In this document: piece by piece, positions 54,938-64,000 of the stretch | Layout: every line of letters starts with the position of its first letter | How positions within the stretch are numbered: position 1 is the stretch's first letter | Assembly: GCA_903901225.1 (NCBI GenBank) | Contig: CAIUQE010000048.1 | Span: forward strand, 5,844-69,843 | Length of the DNA stretch: 64,000 bases | From: Candidatus Omnitrophota bacterium | GTDB taxonomy: Bacteria > Omnitrophota > Gorgyraeia > Zapsychrales > Fredricksoniimonadaceae | Direction of reading: 5' to 3' | Made by a program: the position numbers and the translations under genes | The notes under the pieces: model-generated | Databases searched by the model: none | What the model saw: only the letters and a program-made list of their open reading frames with translations | Told to the model about the DNA's origin: nothing

Positions 54938-55858
54938 TTACCTTTCCGGTTTATACAATATGGGCCGGTCCGCAAAAAGATACCCCCGTTCGGCAGCTTT
55001 TCGTTCGAGCACGCTCAGCGCGTTGATGTACGCCGCCTTGCCCGTCCTCTCCGACGGCGCCTGGACATCAATGAATTTCAGGCCGAAAACTTTCCTGTAA
55101 TGCGCCACATGCTTGACCATCACCGACTGGATACGTTGTAACGTTGATGGCCGCCGCAGGAGACCCATGACCCGCTCCCGCCAGAGTTCCGTATCCGTCA
55201 CCACAGGCTTCCTTGAAAATGAGGACAATGACCTGCCGATATCATCTGCCGCCGCCCGGTCGACCTCCTGACAGATGAACTTGAGCGCATGCCAGGCTTC
55301 GTAAAGGTCTTTCTTCAGGAATATCTTGAGCCGCTTGGTCCACACGAACGCATGCAAACGACGCCTATGGTCCCACCACTTCCATGGGCTGTCAAGATCA
55401 AGCGCGGAGATAAGGAAAAACTTTTCCTTTAAAAGCAGTGAACCGAATGCGCCGGGAGGTTTTCCTAAATTCTTATTCTTCAAAGTGGTGCGCTGAATGC
55501 CGCACGTGGGGCTGCCTTCCATGTACAGGAAAGCGTCCACTTTCGCCCGGCGCAATGCCTCGAGTGATGCCAAAGAAGCCGCTTTGACGGCCACTGACAC
55601 GTCATGGCCCGATCGATCCTTGACTTTGCCAGTGCCTGCCCACAGATCATCCCCATTGCCACCCGTGAGCCGTATCGTGGCGCGGGGGATACCGAGACCG
55701 GCCAGCACTTCAGGGCAGACCGGGGTCCAGGCGTAATCACTCATTTCGCGCCCAAGGTTTCCGACACGATCCCAGCCCGCGTGATCATACCGGAACCTCG
55801 CGCCGAAGTTACAGGCGCTGATACCAACGTTGATATGTTCCTTAATGATGAAATCCAC
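54938..55858 (-). CDS. DUF523 + DUF1722 two-domain protein (YbgA-like)
   Basis: N-terminal VGISACNFGARFRYD (DUF523 Cys motif). C-terminal helical DUF1722-like half. Confidence 0.6.
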   Translation of the reverse strand: MDFIIKEHINVGISACNFGARFRYDHAGWDRVGNLGREMSDYAWTPVCPEVLAGLGIPRATIRLTGGNGDDLWAGTGKVKDRSGHDVSVAVKAASLASLEALRRAKVDAFLYMEGSPTCGIQRTTLKNKNLGKPPGAFGSLLLKEKFFLISALDLDSPWKWWDHRRRLHAFVWTKRLKIFLKKDLYEAWHALKFICQEVDRAAADDIGRSLSSFSRKPVVTDTELWRERVMGLLRRPSTLQRIQSVMVKHVAHYRKVFGLKFIDVQAPSERTGKAAYINALSVLERKAAERGYLFADRPILYKPER

Positions 55859-55879
55859 GGGAACTTCACTCTCTGTGAT

Positions 55880-56620
55880 TTATGCTGCCAGATAATCGTG
55901 AACCACTTCGCCCACGTCAAGTGTCAGATCCGCTATAAAATGGAGGGCAGATTCGACCTTTAACACCGGCAGGTCGGCTACCGGCGCGAGCGCGTGCGGG
56001 TGCAATTCCAGCGATCCAGGCCCGGTCCAGGCGCCCTTGAGCGTTACCTCTGTTGTGAAATAGCGCACCAGCTCGCAGATCCTCGCTGATCCGTCAACAT
56101 GCGGGATGATCTTTAACAAATAATTTGGCGCGGCCAATGCTGCCAGTACCATAGCATGGTCCGCTTCCCTGTGCTTGAATCCCATCGTCGCCTGCGCGAT
56201 GCGGACTTTCCCATAATCCAGCGTGCCCACCAGCGTATCAACCTGGACACCTAACTGAGGAGAGCCGCTCTTTTTCGGGAACCCCCATAGCTCCCTCCCG
56301 CCGGCAATGGCCAGTTGATCATTAAGATACATCCCATGGACATAACTGCCGCGCATGCCATTGAAAATCACCGGAACGCTCTGTCCGGATTCGGTATAAT
56401 CCCCGAACCCGGATGAGTCGGGCATGCGGATAAATTCGAACTTCACGATCGGATCCATTAACTGTAATGGTTCCGGGATAACCGCCCTTAACGCGTCTGG
56501 GTCTGTGCGATACGTAATGATCAGGAATTCACGATTTATAAAATGATATGGCCCGCGCGGGAAAGCCGGGCTGGTGAACGGCATCGTGAAGGCATTGGCC
56601 TTGATATCTGCCATGTTCAT
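55880..56620 (-). CDS. adc: acetoacetate decarboxylase family protein
   Basis: [33 protein letters not shown], close to the Adc N-terminal signature. Start at ATG 56620, spaced 6 nt from the ggagg RBS. Confidence 0.8.
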   Translation of the reverse strand: MNMADIKANAFTMPFTSPAFPRGPYHFINREFLIITYRTDPDALRAVIPEPLQLMDPIVKFEFIRMPDSSGFGDYTESGQSVPVIFNGMRGSYVHGMYLNDQLAIAGGRELWGFPKKSGSPQLGVQVDTLVGTLDYGKVRIAQATMGFKHREADHAMVLAALAAPNYLLKIIPHVDGSARICELVRYFTTEVTLKGAWTGPGSLELHPHALAPVADLPVLKVESALHFIADLTLDVGEVVHDYLAA

Positions 56621-56649
56621 GATCATCCTCCGGAAAGATATTCCAGGCC

Positions 56650-57909
56650 TTACTTTAAACGACGCAGGACCGAGACACAATTGGTCACGGCGGAACCTCC
56701 CACATTGAAGGTGACACCGATCTCCGGTCGCTTTTGGGAAGGGGTCGCCCCGATGGGCTCACCCGTTAATTGCTTGTAGATCAGCGCGTGCATGGAAACA
56801 CCCGTGGCACCGACAGGATGCCCTTTGGCTTTCAATCCGCCGGACAAATTTACAGGGCAGCGGTCATCGCGCGTGAAACGCCCTTCCATGTAATCAAATC
56901 CCGCCCGTCCGTCAACGGAGAGCCCCAGGGCTTCCGTGCATAGAAGCTGATTGATGGTAAAACAATCGTGAAGCTCAACGATGTCCACATCCGCAATACC
57001 GACCTTCGCCTCGCTGAAGGCCCTGCGCACCGCTTCCTTGCCTGCCATAAGATCGTACATGTTCGGGCGCACGGAAACAGGCAATCGTTCGTTCACGTGG
57101 CCGATGCCGGCGATCTCGACAACTTTCTTTCCGGCTTTCAGCGCGTCATTTGTTTTCATGATAACAACAGCCGCGGCCCCGTCGGTCACTAGCGAACAAT
57201 CGTGAAGTCGCAAAGGGTCCGCGATCACGGGGTTCTTATCCGCGGTCAACTTCAGGATCGCGTCAGCCGTTAAAAGTCCCAGTTTATCCGCATGACCGCC
57301 TTTGCTGAACTGTGCCAGTGGATTGTCAATGCCATTCTTATAGGCCAGGGCCGACACTGTCGCCAGCATGCGCGCAAACTCGGTCGTAGTTAATTTATAA
57401 TGATCCCTGTAACATTTCGCGTACGCGGCAAAAAGAACCGGAAAATTCATCGACCTGGCGCCTTCTCCCGGCCAATAGGAACAAGTAGCGAGCGCATGCG
57501 TCACCCCTTTTGTGTCCAGCAGGTGCATTTTTTCCACACCCACCACCAAAGCAATGTTCATCCGCCCGGATTCAACCGCGTAAAGAGCGTCATAAAGAGC
57601 CACCGAACCGGAGGCGCACGCGGCTTCACACCGGGTCATGGGCTTGAAGCGCAGCCCGACAGGATCGATCTCAACGGCGAAAGACGCCAGGTGTTCCTGG
57701 TTGGCGAACAATCCGGGCGCGAAACTGCCAAGCCATACCCCATCCACATCCTTGCCGCTGATACCCGCGTCTGAAAGAGCTCCCTGTCCCGCCTCGATAA
57801 TAAGTTCATAAATAGATTTGTGATCCGTAAACACGCCCGTCTCATGATTACGCGTCACAAAAGAACCGAATTTCGAATTATAGGCACCGATAATGCTGAT
57901 GGCACTCAT
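56650..57909 (-). CDS. thiolase-family acetyl-CoA C-acyltransferase
   Basis: Catalytic Cys region [15 protein letters not shown]-terminal HDCF...GH...G.TG thiolase motifs. Start at ATG 57909 (MSAISI). Confidence 0.7.
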   Translation of the reverse strand: MSAISIIGAYNSKFGSFVTRNHETGVFTDHKSIYELIIEAGQGALSDAGISGKDVDGVWLGSFAPGLFANQEHLASFAVEIDPVGLRFKPMTRCEAACASGSVALYDALYAVESGRMNIALVVGVEKMHLLDTKGVTHALATCSYWPGEGARSMNFPVLFAAYAKCYRDHYKLTTTEFARMLATVSALAYKNGIDNPLAQFSKGGHADKLGLLTADAILKLTADKNPVIADPLRLHDCSLVTDGAAAVVIMKTNDALKAGKKVVEIAGIGHVNERLPVSVRPNMYDLMAGKEAVRRAFSEAKVGIADVDIVELHDCFTINQLLCTEALGLSVDGRAGFDYMEGRFTRDDRCPVNLSGGLKAKGHPVGATGVSMHALIYKQLTGEPIGATPSQKRPEIGVTFNVGGSAVTNCVSVLRRLK

Positions 57910-57913
57910 GGCG

Positions 57914-58594
57914 TTACCTTTCCGACAGCGCTTCAACTGTTACGACAGGGCAATCATTCTTCACGATGATGTCCGCGTCGGTGCGTTCCAGGATAAATGC
58001 GGGAGTGTAGGGCGCAAAACATTCTGTCAGGTGAAACCGGCCCCCGAAGACTTCAAATACCCCCAGGTCGGTAATGACCGTATTAACTTCATGGATGGCT
58101 GTCAGTGGCAACGTGCAGCGACGCATCAGGCGTGCGGCACCCGATGGCTGAAAGTGCAGGGTGGCCGCGATCACTACGCGTGCTCCCGTGGTTAGGTCCA
58201 TGGCCCCGCCCATACCGGGTATCATCTTGCCCGGTACCTTGTAGTTGGCGAGATCACCCTCCTGATCGACTTGCAAAACACCCAGTACCGTGTAATCCAC
58301 ATGACCACCCCGGATAATGCCGAAACTTACCGCGGAATCAAAGAAGCAGCCGCCGGGCCTGACACTTGCTGGAGCTCCGCCGGCATCATTTACATCCTTG
58401 TCCACACATCCCTTGCCAGGAGATGGCCCCAGGCCCAGGATGCCATTTTCAGACTGAAGGATGATATTGACTTCGCTAGGTATGAACTTTTGCACCAGAG
58501 TGGGCAGGCCGATGCCCAGATTCACCACTTCGCCCGTTTTAAAGATCCGGGCGATCCGCCGGGCAATGATCTCTTTGTTGGGAACATATTCCAC
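57914..58594 (-). CDS. 3-oxoacid CoA-transferase subunit B
   Basis: LQSENGILG (SENG active-site Glu motif). Confidence 0.8.
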   Translation of the reverse strand: MEYVPNKEIIARRIARIFKTGEVVNLGIGLPTLVQKFIPSEVNIILQSENGILGLGPSPGKGCVDKDVNDAGGAPASVRPGGCFFDSAVSFGIIRGGHVDYTVLGVLQVDQEGDLANYKVPGKMIPGMGGAMDLTTGARVVIAATLHFQPSGAARLMRRCTLPLTAIHEVNTVITDLGVFEVFGGRFHLTECFAPYTPAFILERTDADIIVKNDCPVVTVEALSER

Positions 58595-58606
58595 GATCTC
58601 ACCTTA

Positions 58607-59290
58607 TCAAACAAGCTGTTGCGCTTTTACCAGAAAGTCTACAAAGATCGAGGGTGTATGCACATCATCAGGCCCGATCTGCCCGATCTCGACGATCTCC
58701 TCCACCTCGGCGATAACCAGCGCCGCGGCCGTTGCCATCAGCGGGTTAAAATTCCGGGCAGTCCCTTTGTAAACGAGATTTCCGGCCTTGTCCGCCTTGT
58801 GGGCCTTGATGATCGCCACATCAGCTTTGAGCGGCAATTCAAGTAGAAAAGGCTTGTGCGCCACCAGAATGATCTGTTTGCCTTTTACCACTTCAGTCCC
58901 TACTCCCGTGGGTGTAAGGAACCCGCCCAGCCCCGTGCCTGCCGCCCGTACCTGCTCCGCCAGTGTCCCCTGCGGCACAAGTTCGATCTCGGTTTCACCG
59001 GCATTCATTTGCCGCTGGGCTTCCTGGTTAGTCCCGATATGACTGGCAATGATCTTTTTGAAAAGCCTGGCTTGCACCAGATGTCCGACGCCGGCAACCT
59101 TCCCGTTCTTCAGGTCGTGCAGTCCGGCATCGTTAGATATAAGGGTCAGGTTCTTTGTGCCATTCACTTTTATGGCGGCAATGATCGTATGCGGTGACCC
59201 GCACCCCAGGAATCCGCCCACCATCAAAGACGCGCCTTCTTTGATCTTACCGGCGGCATCCGCCGGAGATATCAGTGGTTTTACGATCAC
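58607..59290 (-). CDS. 3-oxoacid CoA-transferase subunit A
   Basis: MVGGFLGCGSPHT region. GTG start at 59290 preceded by the aaaggag RBS. The ORF track extension to 59398 is unsupported. Confidence 0.75.
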   Translation of the reverse strand: MIVKPLISPADAAGKIKEGASLMVGGFLGCGSPHTIIAAIKVNGTKNLTLISNDAGLHDLKNGKVAGVGHLVQARLFKKIIASHIGTNQEAQRQMNAGETEIELVPQGTLAEQVRAAGTGLGGFLTPTGVGTEVVKGKQIILVAHKPFLLELPLKADVAIIKAHKADKAGNLVYKGTARNFNPLMATAAALVIAEVEEIVEIGQIGPDDVHTPSIFVDFLVKAQQLV

Positions 59291-59306
59291 CTGGCGCTCC
59301 TTTATG

Positions 59307-59549
59307 TTACGATGTGGAACAGGCTGACTTATCGCATAGCGGCGGGGTCTTTGTCTGTTTGCATCCGCAGAAATCAACCGACTTGGTTTCCTTGGCATCG
59401 TACTTTAACGGCGTAAAGCCCGTCCCCGCGTGTGACCCGTCACACAGAGGCTGTTTCTTGCTGCGGCCACACGCGCACCAATAATACGATTTACCGGCTT
59501 CAACGGGCGTGACGTACGGAGTGTTCGAGGCTTTGACTGGCTTATCCAT
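59307..59549 (-). CDS. CDGSH-type iron-sulfur domain protein
   Basis: Literal CDGSH motif (YWCACGRSKKQPLCDGSHAG) plus a second Cys cluster CGCKQTKTPPLCDKS. Start at ATG 59549. Confidence 0.65.
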   Translation of the reverse strand: MDKPVKASNTPYVTPVEAGKSYYWCACGRSKKQPLCDGSHAGTGFTPLKYDAKETKSVDFCGCKQTKTPPLCDKSACSTS

Positions 59550-59678
59550 GATATTTCCCCCAGATTCTTGTTGGTTAATTAACAATGGCATTCTAGAGGA
59601 TGAAGGCAGGCTGAAGCAATGGTACCGAGGTATAACAGGGTATTCTACGGAAGGGGAAATCGAACTAGATCCGACGGC

Positions 59679-60122
59679 TCACTGGGTCAGGATGCTCGCG
59701 ATCTCAGTGGTGCTCCTGGACCTGAAGAGGCTTTCCTTCCTGTCGACATTCTTGACCGCTTTCAGGATCATTCCCAAAAGACCAAGGTAAGCCTTCTGGT
59801 CGTTATCCGGCCCGCCGATCAGAAAGACGATCCTGACGGGATTTTGGTCGGGCGCGTCCCACTCAACGCCGTTACGCATCACCGCCGTTATCACAAAGAA
59901 CGCCGGGATACCGGGGATCTTGGCGTGCGGGATCGCGATCTCATCACCGATCGCCGTGGCGCAAAGGGCTTCGCGCGCGTCGATCGCCGACCTGAATACC
60001 GGGACATCGGTCACAAACCCAAGCTCAACGGCTTTGTCGACGAGAATTTCCAGGACATCGCCTTTGCGCCGTTCTTCCAGAAGCAAGACGGTCGTCCCTT
60101 TGATCAGGTCGCGTAATTTCAT
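59679..60122 (-). CDS. ptsN: PTS EIIA-Ntr-like regulatory protein
   Basis: EIIA type-2 His region GDEIAIPHAKIPGI. The alternative start at 60170 would overlap the pyk end by 41 nt. Confidence 0.6.
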   Translation of the reverse strand: MKLRDLIKGTTVLLLEERRKGDVLEILVDKAVELGFVTDVPVFRSAIDAREALCATAIGDEIAIPHAKIPGIPAFFVITAVMRNGVEWDAPDQNPVRIVFLIGGPDNDQKAYLGLLGMILKAVKNVDRKESLFRSRSTTEIASILTQ

Positions 60123-60129
60123 TGCGGGA

Positions 60130-61911
60130 CTATTCTTTGACTTTTGTTCGTTCGGGGATACTGCCATCATAGATCACCTTCTCCTGTCCGTCGATAGTTA
60201 CGATCTGGCCATCCTTGAGGTTCGCCATCGCCTTGAAGGCGCCGGCAAGCGCGACCAGTTTTGGGTTCATCGCATAAATATCACTCCAGCTCATGGAAGA
60301 GAATTCTTCCAAAATATAACCTCCTACCGCCTTGAGGACCGGCTCAAACGACATATCAATGTATTTCGTGAGCAGGATCTCCGTCCCATCGCCGATGATC
60401 CTCCGGCCGGCCTCCTCGAGGCCGCTCACCTTCACGATCCTGCCGGAGAATGTCGTGCCGTAACCGCGAAGCCCTTTTCCGATCACATTCGCGACCATGT
60501 GAACGCGGATATTGTTCACCATGATCGGCGAATCGATCGGGATCCCGGAAAGGATAACTAGCTTGTCGAACGGTTTGATCAGTCCTTGCCGCTGCCCGGC
60601 CGCGAGAGCCCCCTCAAGCACGGAGTCCGGATCACGCGCGATGTCCGCGATGATCGGGGTCACCCCCCAGTACAGCAACAGCTTCCGGCGGACTTCCTCA
60701 TACGGCGTTACGGCCAGGATGTCCTGCTCCGGGCGGTATTTGCTGATAAGTTTCGGCGTGTTCCCCCGCAATGTGGGCGTCACGATCGCGTCCGCTTTGA
60801 TATCGCGCGCCACCAGGAATGCCGACCTGGCGACCGTGTCGGCAATATTGATCTTCTTGAGGTCGGTAAAAAGCTTGCGGTCCTGGACATATTCGCGGGA
60901 ACCTTCGATCTCAAGCGCGATCCTGTGCATCATTTCAACCGCCTGAACCGGATAGGCGCCGGTTGCCGTTTCACCGGAAAGCATGATCGCGTCCGTCCCG
61001 TCAAAGATCGCGTTGGCCACATCCGTCACCTCCGCCCGCGTCGGCATGGGATTGCGGATCATGGATTCCAGCATCTGTGTCGCCGTGATGACCGGCTTGT
61101 TGTGCTGATTGCATCTTTCGATGATGCGTTTTTGCGCCAGCGGGATCTCCTCGGGGCGAAGCTGGACGCCCAGATCCCCGCGCGCGACCATCACCCCGTT
61201 CGAGACCCGGATGATCTCGTCGATATTCTGAAGGCCTTCCTCATCCTCAACCTTCGCGATGATATCGACATTGCTGTCGGCAATATCGATCGCGGCACGG
61301 ATCTCCTTGATGTCCTGCGGCCTTCTGATGAATGAGGCCGCGATAAAATCGACACCCTGCGCGATGCCGAACATGATATCGTCCAGGTCGATCCCGGTCA
61401 CGGCCGGCAACGATGTCTTCACGCCGACAACGTTCACGTTCTTGTAACTCCCGATCCGGGCGCCGCTCCTGATGACGCAGTGTATCCTGTTCCCTTCGAT
61501 CTTCTCCACTTCCAGGCTGACCTGGCCGTCCGCGATATAGATCTGCTTGCCCGGGGAAACATCACCGGGAAGTTTCTTATGGGAAATGCTGAAGATCTCG
61601 TCCGTCCCTTCAACTGTATCTGTCGTGAGGATGACCTTCTTGCCTTTGACAAGCTCGATCATGCCGCCATTCTTGTTCGATCCGGTGCGGATCTCCGGGC
61701 CTTTGGTATCAAGCAGCAAGGCGACTGGGATGTCGATCTTGCGGCTCGCGTCCTTGACCATGTCCATCCGTTCTTTATGCTCGGCATGGTTCCCGTGAGA
61801 GAAATTGAACCTGGCGATATTCATGCCGGCCTGCAGGAGCTTCTTGACAATCTCAATGTCCTGGCAGGCGGGGCCGATCGTGCAAATGATCTTTGTTTTA
61901 CGCATATACAC
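60130..61911 (-). CDS. pyk: pyruvate kinase with C-terminal PEP-utilising-enzyme mobile domain
   Basis: KIICTIGPA, ARFNFSHG and MVARGDLGV motifs. About 110 aa of PEP-utiliser-like extension. Confidence 0.85.
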   Translation of the reverse strand: MYMRKTKIICTIGPACQDIEIVKKLLQAGMNIARFNFSHGNHAEHKERMDMVKDASRKIDIPVALLLDTKGPEIRTGSNKNGGMIELVKGKKVILTTDTVEGTDEIFSISHKKLPGDVSPGKQIYIADGQVSLEVEKIEGNRIHCVIRSGARIGSYKNVNVVGVKTSLPAVTGIDLDDIMFGIAQGVDFIAASFIRRPQDIKEIRAAIDIADSNVDIIAKVEDEEGLQNIDEIIRVSNGVMVARGDLGVQLRPEEIPLAQKRIIERCNQHNKPVITATQMLESMIRNPMPTRAEVTDVANAIFDGTDAIMLSGETATGAYPVQAVEMMHRIALEIEGSREYVQDRKLFTDLKKINIADTVARSAFLVARDIKADAIVTPTLRGNTPKLISKYRPEQDILAVTPYEEVRRKLLLYWGVTPIIADIARDPDSVLEGALAAGQRQGLIKPFDKLVILSGIPIDSPIMVNNIRVHMVANVIGKGLRGYGTTFSGRIVKVSGLEEAGRRIIGDGTEILLTKYIDMSFEPVLKAVGGYILEEFSSMSWSDIYAMNPKLVALAGAFKAMANLKDGQIVTIDGQEKVIYDGSIPERTKVKE

Positions 61912-62178
61912 TCATTTTATGCATTACGCCCAACGGGAATACCGGCGGGCCAATTGAGCTTTCAACTCTGAATTTAACTGGAGTTAGCGCGCCATTTCAC
62001 TGCTTTTGATGCGGATCAACTCCTGGCGCTTCGTACAAACCAGATGGGCTTCAATGCCTTGAACATCCATAAGTTTAGTCATTAATAAAGGACAATTCAA
62101 CTGATATTATCGTCAAATAAAATACCGCCTGGGCAACAGCAACGCCACCACCCCATCAAGGAAAGTTTAAAAATGGCG

Positions 62179-63024
62179 TTATAGCCCGTCAATGGTCAAA
62201 TTGACGCTTATCCGGCAGGAGGCCCCGCCGCGGAACGTGCCGGTCACCGGCATTGTAAGAAGAGGGTCGACGGAAGAACTCAAGGCGATATAACGGTGGT
62301 CGCAGGCGCCCCCCTGTGCCGGATCGAACCCTTTCCATCCGGCGCCTGGCAGAAAGACCTCAACCCAGGCATGAAGGTCGGCGGGCCCTGAAGCATCATC
62401 ATTGAGGTAATAGCCGCTCACATAGCGGGCGGCGATCCCCATCCGACGGCAGGCCGCCATCATCAGAACAGAGAAATCACGGCAACAGCCCTGTTTTTCC
62501 TGCAGCGTTACAGAGGGGGACTGCGCGGCTCCCTGGTCTCTTTTTTCGTAACGAAAACCCTCATAAACAGTCCGGCACAGCCCCATCACGAAAGCAACGG
62601 TATCCCCTTGGCAGGCAGCCGCGGCATCGGACGCGAAAAGGCTGATCGCGGGGATATCCTCCGAGGCCACATAGGGCGCCAGCACAGCAATATGAGAAGC
62701 CGGATAGACCATCGGCAGTCGCGCGCATGAGACGGGATGGACAATGAAATCGAACGGATTGACCGTCTCTGGCTGGACAACGGCTTCGCTGCGCACATCC
62801 AGATGATCGGACATCCCCTTGAACCAGGCAAATGTGGCACGGTTCCCGTCGACATCAAGAACGCGGCTTGTGCGTGACGGTTCCGGGGAGATCAGTAGTG
62901 ACTGCGACAGAACAGAACAAGCACCAGGCCGCGGCTCGAGCCTGAAAACATGCGGCTCAAGCACAACCCGGTCCGTGTACCGGTAGCGCGTCTCATGGAT
63001 GATCCGGAACGACGGCGTGCTCAC
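62179..63024 (-). CDS. transglutaminase-like cysteine peptidase-fold protein
   Basis: GCCRDFSVLMMAACRRMGIAARYVSGY...DLHAWVEVFLPGAGWKGFDP (Cys-His-Asp core). Start chosen at GTG 63024, which forms a GTGA overlap with the Anbu stop. The ORF track extends to 63114. Confidence 0.7.
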   Translation of the reverse strand: MSTPSFRIIHETRYRYTDRVVLEPHVFRLEPRPGACSVLSQSLLISPEPSRTSRVLDVDGNRATFAWFKGMSDHLDVRSEAVVQPETVNPFDFIVHPVSCARLPMVYPASHIAVLAPYVASEDIPAISLFASDAAAACQGDTVAFVMGLCRTVYEGFRYEKRDQGAAQSPSVTLQEKQGCCRDFSVLMMAACRRMGIAARYVSGYYLNDDASGPADLHAWVEVFLPGAGWKGFDPAQGGACDHRYIALSSSVDPLLTMPVTGTFRGGASCRISVNLTIDGL

Positions 63025-63764
63025 TGCTGTTGCCCCTGCTCGTAATTTTTGAGCAGTTCGTCCGCCCATTCTTCCGGGAATTCCTCGATCCCCTGCGAGA
63101 TCTTGGCTTGCCACCAGTTCGAATAACGCATCATCTGCTCGTGGGTCAGTTGCTGTGTCGCCATGAAAAAACTGCCCTTCCGGTAAAGGATCAGGTCCAC
63201 CGGATAGCCAACGTCATTTGAGCTGACCTGGGTGGCGTTGAACGAAAGAAAACCCACCTTCATGGCAAAATTAAGGCTCGACTCGTAACGTAAAGCGCGG
63301 TCAAGGATCGGCTTGCCGTGGCTGGTGTTCCCGATGATGAAATACGGGTTGGCGTCTCCCACTTCCACCCAGTTGCCTTCCGGGAACACCATGAAGAGCT
63401 TATGCTCCGGATCGTCCGCGAGCTGACCCGCGATGAGCGCGTGGATATTGAATTCGTAGTGCGCTTCCTCAAGGGCCTTGCGGTCCTCCTGGCTCACCCG
63501 GCGGATCTGCGCCCCGAAGGCATTGACCAGCTGGTAAAGCTTGCGATATTCAAAACCGGATTCATCAACGATCTCGTTGAAATAGATCATGGCCTTGTCG
63601 CGCAGGGCCCGCAGGCCCGAGGTCATGAAGAAAACGGCGTATTTCCCCTTTTTCTGCTGGATGACGACCTTCTTGGCCGTCAACGTCTGGTTCCCCGACG
63701 TGATCCGTGTATCCGAGAGGCCGACCAAACCATCCTTCACCTTGATCCCGAGACAATAGGACAT
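63021..63764 (-). CDS. Anbu-type proteasome-like Ntn-hydrolase (COG3484-like)
   Basis: MSYCLGIKVKDGLVGLSDTRITSG, a beta-subunit-like N-terminus. Size about 247 aa from the ATG at 63764. Confidence 0.6.
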   Translation of the reverse strand: MSYCLGIKVKDGLVGLSDTRITSGNQTLTAKKVVIQQKKGKYAVFFMTSGLRALRDKAMIYFNEIVDESGFEYRKLYQLVNAFGAQIRRVSQEDRKALEEAHYEFNIHALIAGQLADDPEHKLFMVFPEGNWVEVGDANPYFIIGNTSHGKPILDRALRYESSLNFAMKVGFLSFNATQVSSNDVGYPVDLILYRKGSFFMATQQLTHEQMMRYSNWWQAKISQGIEEFPEEWADELLKNYEQGQQQ

Positions 63765-63780
63765 AATGTTCCGCTTTCTT

Positions 63781-64000
63781 TTATTGGCGCTGATTAAAAA
63801 ACGAATGGAATATCCCCTCACCGAGGCAATTCAACCTCACCTGGAAATCGTCCAGGTATTCATGAAGGCCATACTTGACCACGTCGTGGATATCATTGAA
63901 ACTCAGCCGCGCGATGGTCTTCCCCATCTCTTTTTCCGCCGCGTTACCAAAAGCGCCCACCGGTGACCCGGAGATCGCGTGCAGCGAGCGGTCCGCCTCG
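63781..64000 (-). CDS. C-terminal end of an upstream gene (5' part outside the window); possibly the alpha-E-type partner of the Anbu operon
   Basis: Open minus-strand frame ending in TAA at 63781-63783. Function inferred from operon context only. Confidence 0.3.
   Translation of the reverse strand, partial: EADRSLHAISGSPVGAFGNAAEKEMGKTIARLSFNDIHDVVKYGLHEYLDDFQVRLNCLGEGIFHSFFNQRQ

Noticed and set aside
60586-61335. 249-aa plus-strand ORF antisense to pyruvate kinase, and 61480..61971 (163 aa)
   Set aside because: They are antisense to a well-supported pyk gene with clear family motifs. No RBS, and Arg/Asp/Leu low-complexity composition.
61912-62178. 267-bp intergenic region between pyk and the transglutaminase-like gene inspected for a tRNA or small RNA
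   Set aside because: No cloverleaf-compatible stems or conserved tRNA boxes were found by eye. It likely holds only a terminator/promoter. A covariance-model scan would be needed to be certain.
1-64000. Search for mobile elements, prophage, integrons or defence islands (transposase, integrase, restriction/Cas signatures, att-like direct repeats at compositional boundaries)
   Set aside because: No transposase or integrase-like ORFs and no terminal inverted repeats were found. The only strong compositional anomaly is internal to the giant gene 20213..24022 and is not flanked by mobility genes.

Overview
Dense bacterial chromosomal segment (about 55-60% GC, about 60 CDS on both strands), not a mobile element. 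I found no rRNA, tRNA, CRISPR array, transposase or integrase. The gene content is two-component signalling (membrane PAS sensor, Cache/HAMP/PAS histidine kinase, receiver proteins), a dicarboxylate/amino-acid:cation symporter (DAACS family), an L,D-transpeptidase, a LexA-like XRE-S24 repressor, fused gamma-alpha KorA plus KorB 2-oxoacid:ferredoxin oxidoreductase, a PilZ-PilT-like ATPase fusion, a glgM-like/glgE/GHL10 alpha-glucan operon, TatD, QueH, HAD hydrolase, NadK, MutY and SSB. It also holds a TetR-controlled RND efflux operon, HtpG, a UV-repair cluster (YfcH-like, UvsE, DUF523/DUF1722), an acetone-type module (CoA-transferase AB, thiolase, acetoacetate decarboxylase, CDGSH protein), PtsN-like EIIA, two pyruvate kinases (one truncated) and the tail of an Anbu/transglutaminase operon. 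The stand-out region is 28.0-39.0 kb on the minus strand. It is a co-directional cluster encoding a membrane-anchored 27-heme c7-polymer-like cytochrome and a secreted 1182-aa cytochrome with 49 CxxCH motifs built from near-identical tandem repeats. The same cluster encodes a TPR-plus-beta-barrel outer-membrane protein, a secreted Sel1/ankyrin repeat protein and a polytopic membrane protein. Together these look like a candidate extracellular electron-transfer conduit of unusual architecture. Other points worth a second look are a compositionally mosaic 1269-aa secreted giant protein preceded by a structured element, a 29-aa small gene with its own promoter, RBS and terminator, and a pair of paralogous secreted proteins flanking a glycine-zipper lipoprotein. 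Gene starts were refined against the ORF track using RBS positions; the two strongest operon signals are 4-nt start/stop overlaps (glgE/GHL10 and Anbu/transglutaminase) and a TetR operator palindrome sitting in a consensus promoter spacer. Taxon cannot be assigned from the sequence alone.
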